From Thermoanaerobaculia bacterium (GTDB taxonomy: Bacteria > Acidobacteriota > Thermoanaerobaculia > Multivoradales > Multivoraceae): a DNA stretch of 64,000 nt. The notes below the pieces were generated by a model that saw nothing but the letters and a program-made list of their open reading frames with translations, did no database searches and was not told the DNA's origin. Position numbers and translations under genes: made by a program. Shown in pieces: positions 19,619-27,993 of this stretch; the first letter of the stretch is position 1; each line of letters opens with the position of its first letter. The stretch lies in assembly GCA_963664405.1 (NCBI GenBank), contig OY761158.1:3040001-3104000 (forward strand). The letters run 5' to 3'.

Positions 19619-21712
19619 CTACGCTTCACACTGCACCTCCTCCGTAGGGTTCGGTTCGACGTCGAGGCGGCGCCGTCGTTGCGAGAGTTTTCGGCCCTGC
19701 ATTTTGACGGGCGGGTCGTCGCCGAGATGCTCGTAGAGGCACTCGTTCTTGTCGTTGTAGGCATGGGCACGCAGCAGGCCGTGGTTGCGCCATGTCTTCA
19801 CCGTGTGGGTCGCGACACCCAGTAGGTCAGCCATCTCTTCGAGGGTAAGCATTCCCCCCTCACGCAGTCGGTCGTACCTCTTCTTGATGTCGTAGTCACG
19901 GCGCAGTCGCCGGACGATGCCGGCGTGAAATCGTTTGCCCTCTCCGGAGAGATGGCCTCTGTCGTTGAGGATGCTCGCAATCTCGGCCTCGGTGTAGTCA
20001 TCAAGCAGGGTATCAATCTCGGCAACGACCTGTTTCGATGTTTGGCGTAACTCCCATGCTGTCGGCGGAATGGGCAGTTTGAGACTTCGTGTCGCGCCAC
20101 CTCGGAAGCGGACACCGACAACGATCTCGTCGCCCTTCGTCAAGGTGACGTCCTCGATGAGCAAGCGCACCATGCGCTTGCGCTCGCGTTGAGGCGTCTT
20201 CGGGTCGTTCCACAACCGCGGGAAGTCGGTGGCGAGGGCGAGGATCTCTTCTCGTTGCTGGTCGCCGAGCTGTTGGTGATCTTGCTGGCGGCGCTGCTCG
20301 AGCTCCTCCTGTGCGTCGTGCAGCCCGCGCAGCCTCTCGTTCCACTCGGCCTCGAGGACATCCACCACGAGGCGGTTCCCCGGATCGACCTCCATGAAGC
20401 GACGCCGAGCCAAGTCAGCCTCCTGTCGAGCTCGCTGTACGTGCTGGCGCCGCAGGGAATCGGCCTCGTGGATCCGTGCATCGAGCTCGACCTGGACTTT
20501 CAGTGCAACCTCCAGAGTCACAGGCGTAACCGTCTCCACAAGCAGCTCTCCGATGGCCCGATCGATGCCCTTGCCCGGGATCGACTGACACTTGGGTGTC
20601 GCGGTGTCGATGCCCTCGCGCTGGCAGACGTACTCGGGCCACTGAGTGCCCCTGCGCGTGTGATAGCGGACCGTCATCCGATGGCCACAAACGCCGCAGA
20701 GGACCAAGCCCTGCACCAGCGCTGGCCCCTCGCGCGGTGGGCTCTTGCGCCGGTCTCGGCCGTGGGCCTGGGCGTTGTCTCGTAGTCGTCTCAGGTTTTC
20801 TTCGAATTGTTCCCAGGGAATGTAACCGGGGTGCGCGTCGAGCAACAGCGCGGTCCACTCCTCACGCGGAAGCGACTTGACCTCGATGGTGCCGTTGACG
20901 CGCTTTTGCGTGTGAGTGCGACCGAAACAGAAAGCGCCAGCGTAGCGGGGATTGTGCAGCACCCTCAGGACGCGCCAGTGGCGCAACGACTCCCACAACA
21001 GCTCTCCCTTGTGGGGGCCGAAGCGCGGCCGGCGCGGAAACCGCAAGCCTTGCTCGCGGAAGTGTTTGACCGTCGCCGAGGCCGAGCCCATACGCTCGAA
21101 GGTCTCGAACAGGTGCTCGAAGCTCCGTTGGACCTGGCCGTCGGGATCTAACACCACGTTGCCGGTCGGGTCGTAGAGTAGGCCGACGGGTAACGGGGTT
21201 TGCAGCGCACCTCGGCGCGCCTGATTCAGAATGCCTCCGCGCAGCCGAGCCCGCATCACGTGAAGCTCCGCCTCGCTCATCGTGCCCTTGAGCCCGAGCA
21301 GAAGGCGATCGTTGAAATCACTCGGGCTGTAGACCCCGTCCTCGTCAAGGATCAGCGTGTCGGTCAGCGCGCAGATCTCCAGCAGTCGATGCCAGTCCGT
21401 GCTATTGCGTGCCAGGCGCGAAACCTCCAGCCCGAGAACGATCCCGGCTCGGCCCATACCGACCTCGCCGACGAGCTTCTGAAAGCCCTCGCGGTCGACG
21501 CTGGAAGCTGCGGACTTACCCAGGTCGGAGTCGATCACGATGACTCGCTCGATGGGCCATCCCATCGCCACCGCGCGCTCTCGCAACGCGTACTGGCGTC
21601 TCGTGCTCTCCGTATTCTCGAACACCTGGCGCACGGTCGACTGGCGAACATACAGGTACGCATCGCGTCGCAGGTGGCTTGGGGTCACTTTCTGGTGGGC
21701 GCTTGCGCTCAT
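19619..21712 (-). CDS. Large serine recombinase (resolvase, recombinase, Zn-ribbon, coiled coil, C-terminal HTH)
   Basis: 'YLYVRQST' catalytic Ser, 'EVSRLARN', 'LHNPRYAG', 'GLVLCGVCG...YVC...C'. Confidence 0.93.
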   Translation of the reverse strand: MSASAHQKVTPSHLRRDAYLYVRQSTVRQVFENTESTRRQYALRERAVAMGWPIERVIVIDSDLGKSAASSVDREGFQKLVGEVGMGRAGIVLGLEVSRLARNSTDWHRLLEICALTDTLILDEDGVYSPSDFNDRLLLGLKGTMSEAELHVMRARLRGGILNQARRGALQTPLPVGLLYDPTGNVVLDPDGQVQRSFEHLFETFERMGSASATVKHFREQGLRFPRRPRFGPHKGELLWESLRHWRVLRVLHNPRYAGAFCFGRTHTQKRVNGTIEVKSLPREEWTALLLDAHPGYIPWEQFEENLRRLRDNAQAHGRDRRKSPPREGPALVQGLVLCGVCGHRMTVRYHTRRGTQWPEYVCQREGIDTATPKCQSIPGKGIDRAIGELLVETVTPVTLEVALKVQVELDARIHEADSLRRQHVQRARQEADLARRRFMEVDPGNRLVVDVLEAEWNERLRGLHDAQEELEQRRQQDHQQLGDQQREEILALATDFPRLWNDPKTPQRERKRMVRLLIEDVTLTKGDEIVVGVRFRGGATRSLKLPIPPTAWELRQTSKQVVAEIDTLLDDYTEAEIASILNDRGHLSGEGKRFHAGIVRRLRRDYDIKKRYDRLREGGMLTLEEMADLLGVATHTVKTWRNHGLLRAHAYNDKNECLYEHLGDDPPVKMQGRKLSQRRRRLDVEPNPTEEVQCEA

Positions 21713-21996
21713 GCGTGGTTCTCCTGTAGATGGCTGAGAGCCATGGCGGCCAGCACGTTGATCAGATCCGCGCTCGTATCGTGAGGCAGTGCGGACGGCC
21801 TGGCTATCTCGGCGGACGGTGCCGGGGTCGGCGCGGGCATCTTGGACCCCTGTTCAACCCAAGCGGCCAGCCCTTGTCGCAGGAGAACGGCCAAGCCGAA
21901 CCGAACCGATAGGAGCTGCCGCTTCGCCGCATGTCCTCGGAGCTCCTCGTAGCGAGCGACATGGGCCGGAGCGTTCTGCTGGCGTGTCGCGCTCAT
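21709..21996 (-). CDS. Small accessory protein of the recombinase element
   Basis: ATGA overlaps with both neighbours; 'YEELR...GLAVLLRQGLAAW'. Confidence 0.7.
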   Translation of the reverse strand: MSATRQQNAPAHVARYEELRGHAAKRQLLSVRFGLAVLLRQGLAAWVEQGSKMPAPTPAPSAEIARPSALPHDTSADLINVLAAMALSHLQENHA

Positions 21997-22460
21997 GGCC
22001 GGCGTTTTTTTTCCTGGCGAGCCAGGGCTCGCTCAATGCTGCGCGGATGGATCGAGATGCCAAAGCGCTTCTGCACCCACTCGGCCAGGGCGGTTGCATC
22101 TGCGTCCGGCTCCCCCTCCAGCCTGTCGTGCAGGGCCTCGACGACCTCCTCGGATAGCTTGTGGGCGCGGCGCGGCCCCGGCTTTCTTGGCAGCAACGCG
22201 GGTAGGCCGCCTTCTTCGTAAACCACCTGGGCGTGGTAGAAGGATGGGCGCGACAACCCGAAGCTTGCCGCGCTCCGGCTCACCGTGTGTCTGTCCACCC
22301 GGACACGGCGCAGCATCTCGTACTTGACCTGCACGAGGTCTCGAGGGTCGAAGAACTCGCTCGAGGTGAACAAATCGTCCGAGACCTTCTCCGGCTGGGG
22401 ATGAAGGCACCCTCGTTGACGGAGGGCCTCGGCTTTCGGGTCGGGTCTGCGTCGCGGCAT
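21993..22460 (-). CDS. Helix-turn-helix protein of the recombinase element
   Basis: GAGGAG RBS; 'FFDPRDLVQVKYEMLRRV...SAASFGLSRPSFY...GLPALLPRKPGPRRAHKL'. Confidence 0.85.
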   Translation of the reverse strand: MPRRRPDPKAEALRQRGCLHPQPEKVSDDLFTSSEFFDPRDLVQVKYEMLRRVRVDRHTVSRSAASFGLSRPSFYHAQVVYEEGGLPALLPRKPGPRRAHKLSEEVVEALHDRLEGEPDADATALAEWVQKRFGISIHPRSIERALARQEKKRRP

Positions 22461-22488
22461 GATCGTCTCCTCATGGAATGTAATTCTA

Positions 22489-22516
22489 ATTATGCCTCTC
22501 ATGGATCCTCTGTCAA
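22489..22516 (-). promoter_or_regulatory. Sigma70-like promoter for the HTH-orf-recombinase operon
   Basis: TTGACA-N16-CATAAT on the minus strand, overlapped by one arm of a 21-bp imperfect inverted repeat. Confidence 0.6.
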
Positions 22517-22675
22517 GGGGTGTCCACCAAGAGAGTACCGATAGATCGTGCATTAAATTGGCCTATCTCTACACTCCTGGTCACACTCCGGCACTCTTCC
22601 CGACATAATTGTGATTACATTCACGGCATAATCTCCTTTACGCACGGTGCCCCTCAACCGTCCTCACGCAGGTCT

Positions 22676-22968
22676 TCATCGCTCGCTCTCCCGGGTCAGC
22701 TTGGCGAGCTCGAGCAGGTCGGCCACGCGGTACATCGATCTGCCTGCGGAGATGACAACCACGGGGTCCTCGGCCACCGCACTCGTCCAACGCGCTGGAA
22801 GGGAGCGTAGCTCCTCGCATTCATCCAGGTAGAAGACCCGGTCCTCGCCCCAGCACTGGCGATAGTGAGCCAGCTCGTACTCACGCCCCAACAGCGGGTG
22901 GAACGGATGGGTTACCCGAAAACGTCGTTGCTCACAATCTGTATCGGGTGCATTCGACCATTGAGCCC
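22676..22968 (-). CDS. DUF5372 / Y4bD-like small protein with no start codon upstream of its conserved core inside the element
   Basis: 'FRVTHPFHPLLGREY...WGEDRVFY...SLPARWT'; the frame is open to the element end with no ATG/GTG/TTG before the conserved core. Confidence 0.75.
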
Positions 22969-23731
22969 AAAGGCCGCGTCGAGCGCGCAATCCGCTTCCT
23001 GCGAAGCTCGTTCTTCGGCGCCCGAACGGTGAGCGATTTGGATCGTCTGAATCGGCAGGTCCTGGAATGGTGCCAGAGGTCGCAGCGCAGACCCTGGCCG
23101 CAGGACCGACAGCGAACCGTGAAAAGCGCCCTGGCCCAGGAACGGCCTCGACTGCTTGAGCTTCCCGGAGACGACGTCGAAACCGATCTGCGAGTGGAGA
23201 TCAAGGTCAGAAAGACGCCGATCGTGCGTTTCGACCTCAACGACTACTCGGTGCCGCACAGTCATGTGCAGAGGACCGTCACGCTCCTCGCCAGCGAGCA
23301 TCGGGTGCGGATCCTCGATGGCCAGGAGCTCCTCGCCGAGCACCCTCGCTCGTACTCCCGGGGCGAGCAGATCCTCGATCCTCAACATCTCGAGGAGCTC
23401 CTCGCTCACAAACGCAGGGCCCGACGACACCGGGGCTTCCATCGGCTGTTTTCCGCTGTGCCTCGATGCGAAGAGCTGATGCAGCAGCTCGCCGAGCGAG
23501 GCGAGAACCTCGGAACGCAGAATCCTCGAGGTTGTGCGGTCTCACGGAGAGATCTCGCTGTTGGAGCTCCTGGCTGAGCGGCACCGGTAAAGCCGGAGGC
23601 TGACCGAGGCCGCGCGGGTGCCGTTCGAGTAGGAGCCGGCGGACTGGAATCGCGGTGCGTGGTTCAGGAGCGCTTCGCGCACGGCTTTGTCGAGTCGCTG
23701 GGGGCCGTACTGGCGCAGGAGTCGGACTAGT
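22969..23731 (+). pseudogene. istA: IS21 IstA C-terminal half; the last ~210 bp are inverted
   Basis: 'KGRVERAIRFLRSSFF...VRFDLNDYSVP...AEHPRSY...GENLG' on plus; continuation 'LVRLLRQYG...EALLNHAP...VRPHNLED' on minus at 23731-23522. Confidence 0.85.
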
Positions 23732-24318
23732 ACTGGGCGTCGTGACCATACGCTGCTTCTTACCCTGTTCAACACCGGCGCTCGCGTGCAGGAGCTCCTC
23801 GACCTACGGCCCGTCGATCTACAGCTGGATCGTCCCTTCCAGGTCCGGCTGCGCGGCAAGGGGCGCAAGGAGCGTCTTTGACTAGTGCTTGAGTCGATCG
23901 CATCGAACAGGGCGCGAAGCTCGCTGGCATCGAGATACTCGACGACCGGGATCGGGGCGCGCTTGAAAGGTACAGCGAGCAGGAGCTGGCAGGTTTCGAG
24001 ATGTTCGGGATGCCTGCCGGCAACAAAACGCGCGAAGGCATGAAGTGCAGCCAAGCGGGCGTTGCGCGTGGCGACACCGTTTGCTCGCTCCTGCTCCAGG
24101 TGATCGAGGAAAGCAATCACGGCGTCGGGCTCGAAGTCCGACAGATCGAGATCGATAACGGATCGGCCCCGGTCTGCTGCGAGGAAGCGAAGGAAGAGCG
24201 CCAAGGCGTCTCGGTAGCTCCTGACTGTGTGCGGACTTGCACCTTGTACTTGCGGAAGGTGCTCGCTGAAGAAACTACGAAGGGCTCGTGCGAGATCGTT
24301 CGGTGGGGCGGCTCTCAT
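23732..24318 (-). pseudogene. RIT recombinase C, truncated, with an internal inversion
   Basis: 'SPHTVRSYRDAL...TRNARLAALHAF...DSSTS' on minus; next residues 'TGRRDHTLLLTLFNTGARVQE...GKGRKER' lie on plus at 23732-23880. Confidence 0.85.
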
Positions 24319-25304
24319 CGTGCACATTCCTCAGGAGCGTCGATGACGATCGACTGAGCGTGGCGAGCGAAGAGCTCGTCGGCTTTTTGAGCGAATGGCT
24401 CGAAGAGGGCAAGGTAGTGCTGTGTGGAGACGATAGAGACGTGGCCCATGTAGATCGCGAGGGCGGGCAGTTTGGCCTGCACGTCGACGCCCTCTCGGTA
24501 CCAGCGAAGGAGCGCTTGGTGGGCGAAACTGTGGCGCAGGTCGTGCACACGAGGGAGATCGCCTGTGGAGGTCTTGATCCTTGCGCTACGGAAAAGCTCC
24601 CGGAGTCCCTGGGCAAGACCGGCACCGGTATACGGACGCAGTCCCCGGCTGCAGTTACACAAAAGAGGCTGGTCGCCAGAAGATAGCAGCCTCCGGCGCA
24701 CCTGGAGGTAGTCTTCGATCTCGCGTGCGGCGTCACCCGACAGCGGCACGAGTCGCGACTTATGAAACTTGGTGGCGTCGATTCGAAGCGTGCGCTCAGC
24801 TGCGTCGTAGTCGGCGATAGTGAGCCGGGTGAGCTCGCCACGGCGTAGGCCGGTCGTGTAGAGCAGAACGACCGCTAGGCGAAAGACCTCACGATGTAAC
24901 GGCGAATGAGCGTGTGGCAGCAGGGCGTCGGTCACTCGTAAAAGGCGGGCGATTTCCTCCTGAGTGAAGAGATGAGGGCGTCTAGGCTGATGAGGATCTG
25001 GAAAGCCGCTGCGATCCGGCACAAAGCAGACGGGCTCATTGCGCTGCCGATAGAGGCAGAGATTGCGAACGATTCGCATCCGGTTGCGCCGCACGCCTGG
25101 CGAGAGGTGGGCCATCGTCGTGCACCACTGGGCGAACGTGTCGGCGCTGAGCTCCACTCCGTGACCCAGCGAAACGAGAAAATGGTCGAGATGCAGAAGC
25201 ACGTCGCGCTCCACTGCGTACTGCCGTCCGAGGCTCTGTTTCACGCGGACATAGCGGGCCATCGTGGGACCGAGGAGCGAGCAAAAGGAGGTGTGCCCCC
25301 TCAT
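24315..25304 (-). CDS. RIT recombinase B (tyrosine recombinase)
   Basis: 'LYTTGLRRGE', 'TKFHKSRLVP', 'HDLRHSFA', 'YMGHVSIVSTQHYL'. Confidence 0.92.
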   Translation of the reverse strand: MRGHTSFCSLLGPTMARYVRVKQSLGRQYAVERDVLLHLDHFLVSLGHGVELSADTFAQWCTTMAHLSPGVRRNRMRIVRNLCLYRQRNEPVCFVPDRSGFPDPHQPRRPHLFTQEEIARLLRVTDALLPHAHSPLHREVFRLAVVLLYTTGLRRGELTRLTIADYDAAERTLRIDATKFHKSRLVPLSGDAAREIEDYLQVRRRLLSSGDQPLLCNCSRGLRPYTGAGLAQGLRELFRSARIKTSTGDLPRVHDLRHSFAHQALLRWYREGVDVQAKLPALAIYMGHVSIVSTQHYLALFEPFAQKADELFARHAQSIVIDAPEECAR

Positions 25305-26545
25305 CGCCGGGCCTCTTCGTGTGCAATCCCAGGCAAGTCGAGGGGACATCCCTCAGGTCCTCGACGTGGAGCCGGAGATAGACCGCTGGTACTTTCAACG
25401 CTCCGATGGCCGAGAAGGCCACCGATACTCTTGAGTGCCGCACCTTTCCGGAGCAGATGAATGGCCAGAGAGTGGCGCAGGCAATGAGGGCCTTGGAACG
25501 GAATCGGGAGGCCAGCACGGCGGACCCACCCCTGGAAGGCCTCTGTGACAGCCGTCGGTTTGAGCGTCCCCGCGGGAGCCCGGACGCGGAGGAAGACCTC
25601 TCGCAGCGGCAGAGCTGGACGACCGCCTCGAAGGTAAGAGAGGATCGCGGCGCCCACCTCCGGGGTCAATGGCACCTCCAGGGGGGAACGCACCTTGGGC
25701 CGCGGCACCCGCACCCTACCGTCGCGCCACGCGATGTCGTCGAGGGTGACCGAGACGACTTCGCAGGTGCGCAGGCCGTAGGTGACAATGAGCAGGAACA
25801 TGGCGTAGTCGCGCCGTCCCATCGCCGTCGAGCGATCGATGGCCCGGACGAAGGTGCGAACGGTCTCCCAGGACAGCGCGCGAGGGAGTCGCTCGCCACG
25901 ATAAACGCGAGGTGTATCGATGGCCGAATCGAGACCGGCCGCAGCGAGGCCACGCGCAGCTAGAAAGCGGAGGAACGAGCGCACGTGGGAGACGGTGTGC
26001 TGGAGACTCTCGCGGCTGAGCCGCTGCGCCTTGAGCTCAAGGAAGCCCTCAATCACTCCTCCGTCCAGAGATCGCAGGCAGTCATCGAGCTGCTCGTCTC
26101 CGCTGTCTCGTAGGTAGGCGAGCAACTCGCGCACGGTCGCGGCGTAGTGATTCAGCGTGCTGCGCGATAGCCCTCGCACTTTCTCGAGGTGAGAGCGGTA
26201 CGAGGCGCTTAATTCGAGAGCCGGGGTCGGACGCTGAGGTGCCAGCGCTCCTTGCGCCCCGAAATAGCGCACCAGCGAAAGGACAAGAGCGGAGCGGTAG
26301 ATGTCGTCCTGTGAAGACGCCGGAGCGTACACCAGGAGCTCTTGCGCCGAAAGCTCTTCGATCTTGCTGACTCCATCGCGCCGAAACTGAGCGTCAAGTC
26401 CCTTGGCGGCACGGACGCGCAGGCGAATGGGAAGGCGAGGATAGCCCTGAGACCTGAGCCAAACAATCAACCCCTCGAGATACGGTCCCAACACGGGCAG
26501 GCACCGGTAGCGAGCATGGGCTCGCGGAAACATCTCGGCAAGCAT
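25301..26545 (-). pseudogene. RIT recombinase A, probably frameshifted just before the catalytic Tyr
   Basis: 'TYGLRTCEV', 'HCLRHSLA', 'LGHRSVEST'; the expected 'VYLRLHVEDLRDV' is in another frame. Confidence 0.75.
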
Positions 26546-26690
26546 CGCAACCTCCTTGCAGATAGCAGCGCCGCTATTGGCGCAGCCGCGATGCTATGGA
26601 GACCGTTTATGTGGAGTCGGGAGGACGAAAAAAGCAGCAACTACGCGAGATCCTCATGCAAACTCTACATAACGAAGTACTTCACATGAG

Positions 26691-26720
26691 TCGACTTATG
26701 TGGTGCACCACATAAGTCGA
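26691..26720. repeat. 30-bp perfect palindrome at the RIT end
   Basis: TCGACTTATGTGGTG|CACCACATAAGTCGA. Confidence 0.95.
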
Positions 26721-27013
26721 TGAGCTGGGCTATCTCTCCTACGACCACCGCCACGCGGATCTCCTCTTCGAGGTCGTCTCCAGACGATACGGCAACAAGC
26801 CCCCTTCTCACCACCAACAAGCCCTTCGCCGAATGGGCCGAAGTCTTTCCCAACGCCTCCTGCGTCGTCACTCTCGTCGATCGACTCACCCACCACGCCG
26901 AGATCGTCAAGATCGAGGCTAACTCCTATCGCCGCAAGGAGGCCAAGGAGGCTGCTGAAAAAAGGGCCAAGGCCCGCGCCAAAAGGCGGAGCGCAGCACG
27001 ACGACGCTCATGA
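26716..27013 (+). pseudogene. istB: IS21 IstB ATPase, C-terminal part from Walker B onward, frameshifted
   Basis: '[26 protein letters not shown]', then '[41 protein letters not shown]'. Confidence 0.88.
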
Positions 27014-27340
27014 CCCGAAGCCACTATCGGCGCCAGCTCCTCCGCCTCTATCGACTCCTTCCCGACACCCCTCACCGCTTCCACCACGGCGACCGCGTCA
27101 TCGTCGACCAGCTCTTCGACCAAGACCTGCCTCTCACCGTCCTCCAGGCCGCCCTCCTCCTCGGCTCCGCCCGACGCGCATGCCGAGATCCGCGCCTACC
27201 AAAGCTCCAGCCCATCCGATCCCTCGCCTACTTTCTCCCCATCCTCCGAGAACTCCCCACGACGCCACCCCCCGATGGGTACCTCGACTATCTACGCCAC
27301 ACCCTGAGTCGCGCCTCGCGGGCACAAAAAACCGACACTC
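27010..27340 (+). CDS. Hypothetical protein coupled to istB; 3' end uncertain
   Basis: ATGA overlap with the istB stop; 'LYRLLPDTP...AALLLGSARR...LQPIRSLAYFLP'. Confidence 0.55.
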
Positions 27341-27411
27341 GCAGCCAACTATGTGCGTTATGTCGAGCTCTACATAGCCCGCGTTTCCTAAGCGCCGTTG
27401 ACAGACGAGCA

Positions 27412-27732
27412 GCTCGACGAGCGTTTGTCTCGCGGTGCATGAAAACGGTCTGGCGACCGGGCGTTCTCGAGGAAGTCGCTCGAGCGATCGAATAGAAGAA
27501 TGCTGAGCGACCAGGCCGCGGCGATCGCCTCCGGAAGGCTCTGGAAGAGACCATCGCGAGGATCGAGCTCTTCCCACAGAGCGTACAGAAGCGCAACGGA
27601 ACAGAAGCACGGCTCGCAGTGCTCCGAAACTCGCGCTATGTCGTTGCCTACATCATCAGGGCCGACGAGCTGACGATCGTCGCTTTCCTATATGGCGCAA
27701 GGAACCCTGATCAGTGGCGCGATCGTCTTTGA
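27412..27732 (+). pseudogene. Degraded type II TA module: antitoxin tail plus RelE/ParE toxin with internal TAG
   Basis: 'LDERLSRGA*' overlaps 'MKTVWRPGVLEEVARAIE*KNAERPGRGDRLR...AFLYGARNPDQWRDRL*' (27439-27732); paralog of 36724-37232. Confidence 0.85.
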
Positions 27733-27993
27733 CGACTGATATCGTTGTTGTCTGTCAGCTCCGCGAACCGGCGATGCCGCCCGCTGCTCTCGGTGTCGGC
27801 GAGACGAACTCGGTGGGCTTTGCCCAGAGTACTTCTTCCACGCACACGATGTTGCCCGAGGAGTGCACATCTGAGGACCCCGACCTTGGCTCGGAGATGG
27901 CTAGGAGAAACGGGGTACGCCGCGGCGTCGAGCTATTAGAAACATAGTCGTCCCAACAGGGAGGTCTCGATGAAGGACTCTGGAGACCGTGCG

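Larger units (their letters stand above)
19616..22968 (-). mobile_element. Large-serine-recombinase integrative element (3353 bp, four ORFs)
   Basis: Both ends read GGGCT-N11-TGCACC inward and are flanked by AA (19614-15, 22969-70); transposase coding frames stop and resume exactly at these points. Confidence 0.85.
23732..26715 (-). mobile_element. RIT (recombinase-in-trio) element, one end lost
   Basis: Three tandem overlapping tyrosine recombinase genes; terminal TTATG...CATAA palindrome abutting istB. Confidence 0.85.

Noticed and set aside
23542-24327. 261-aa ORF as a single integrase
   Set aside because: It is a read-through of the ritC N-terminus, inverted ritC sequence and the inverted istA tail
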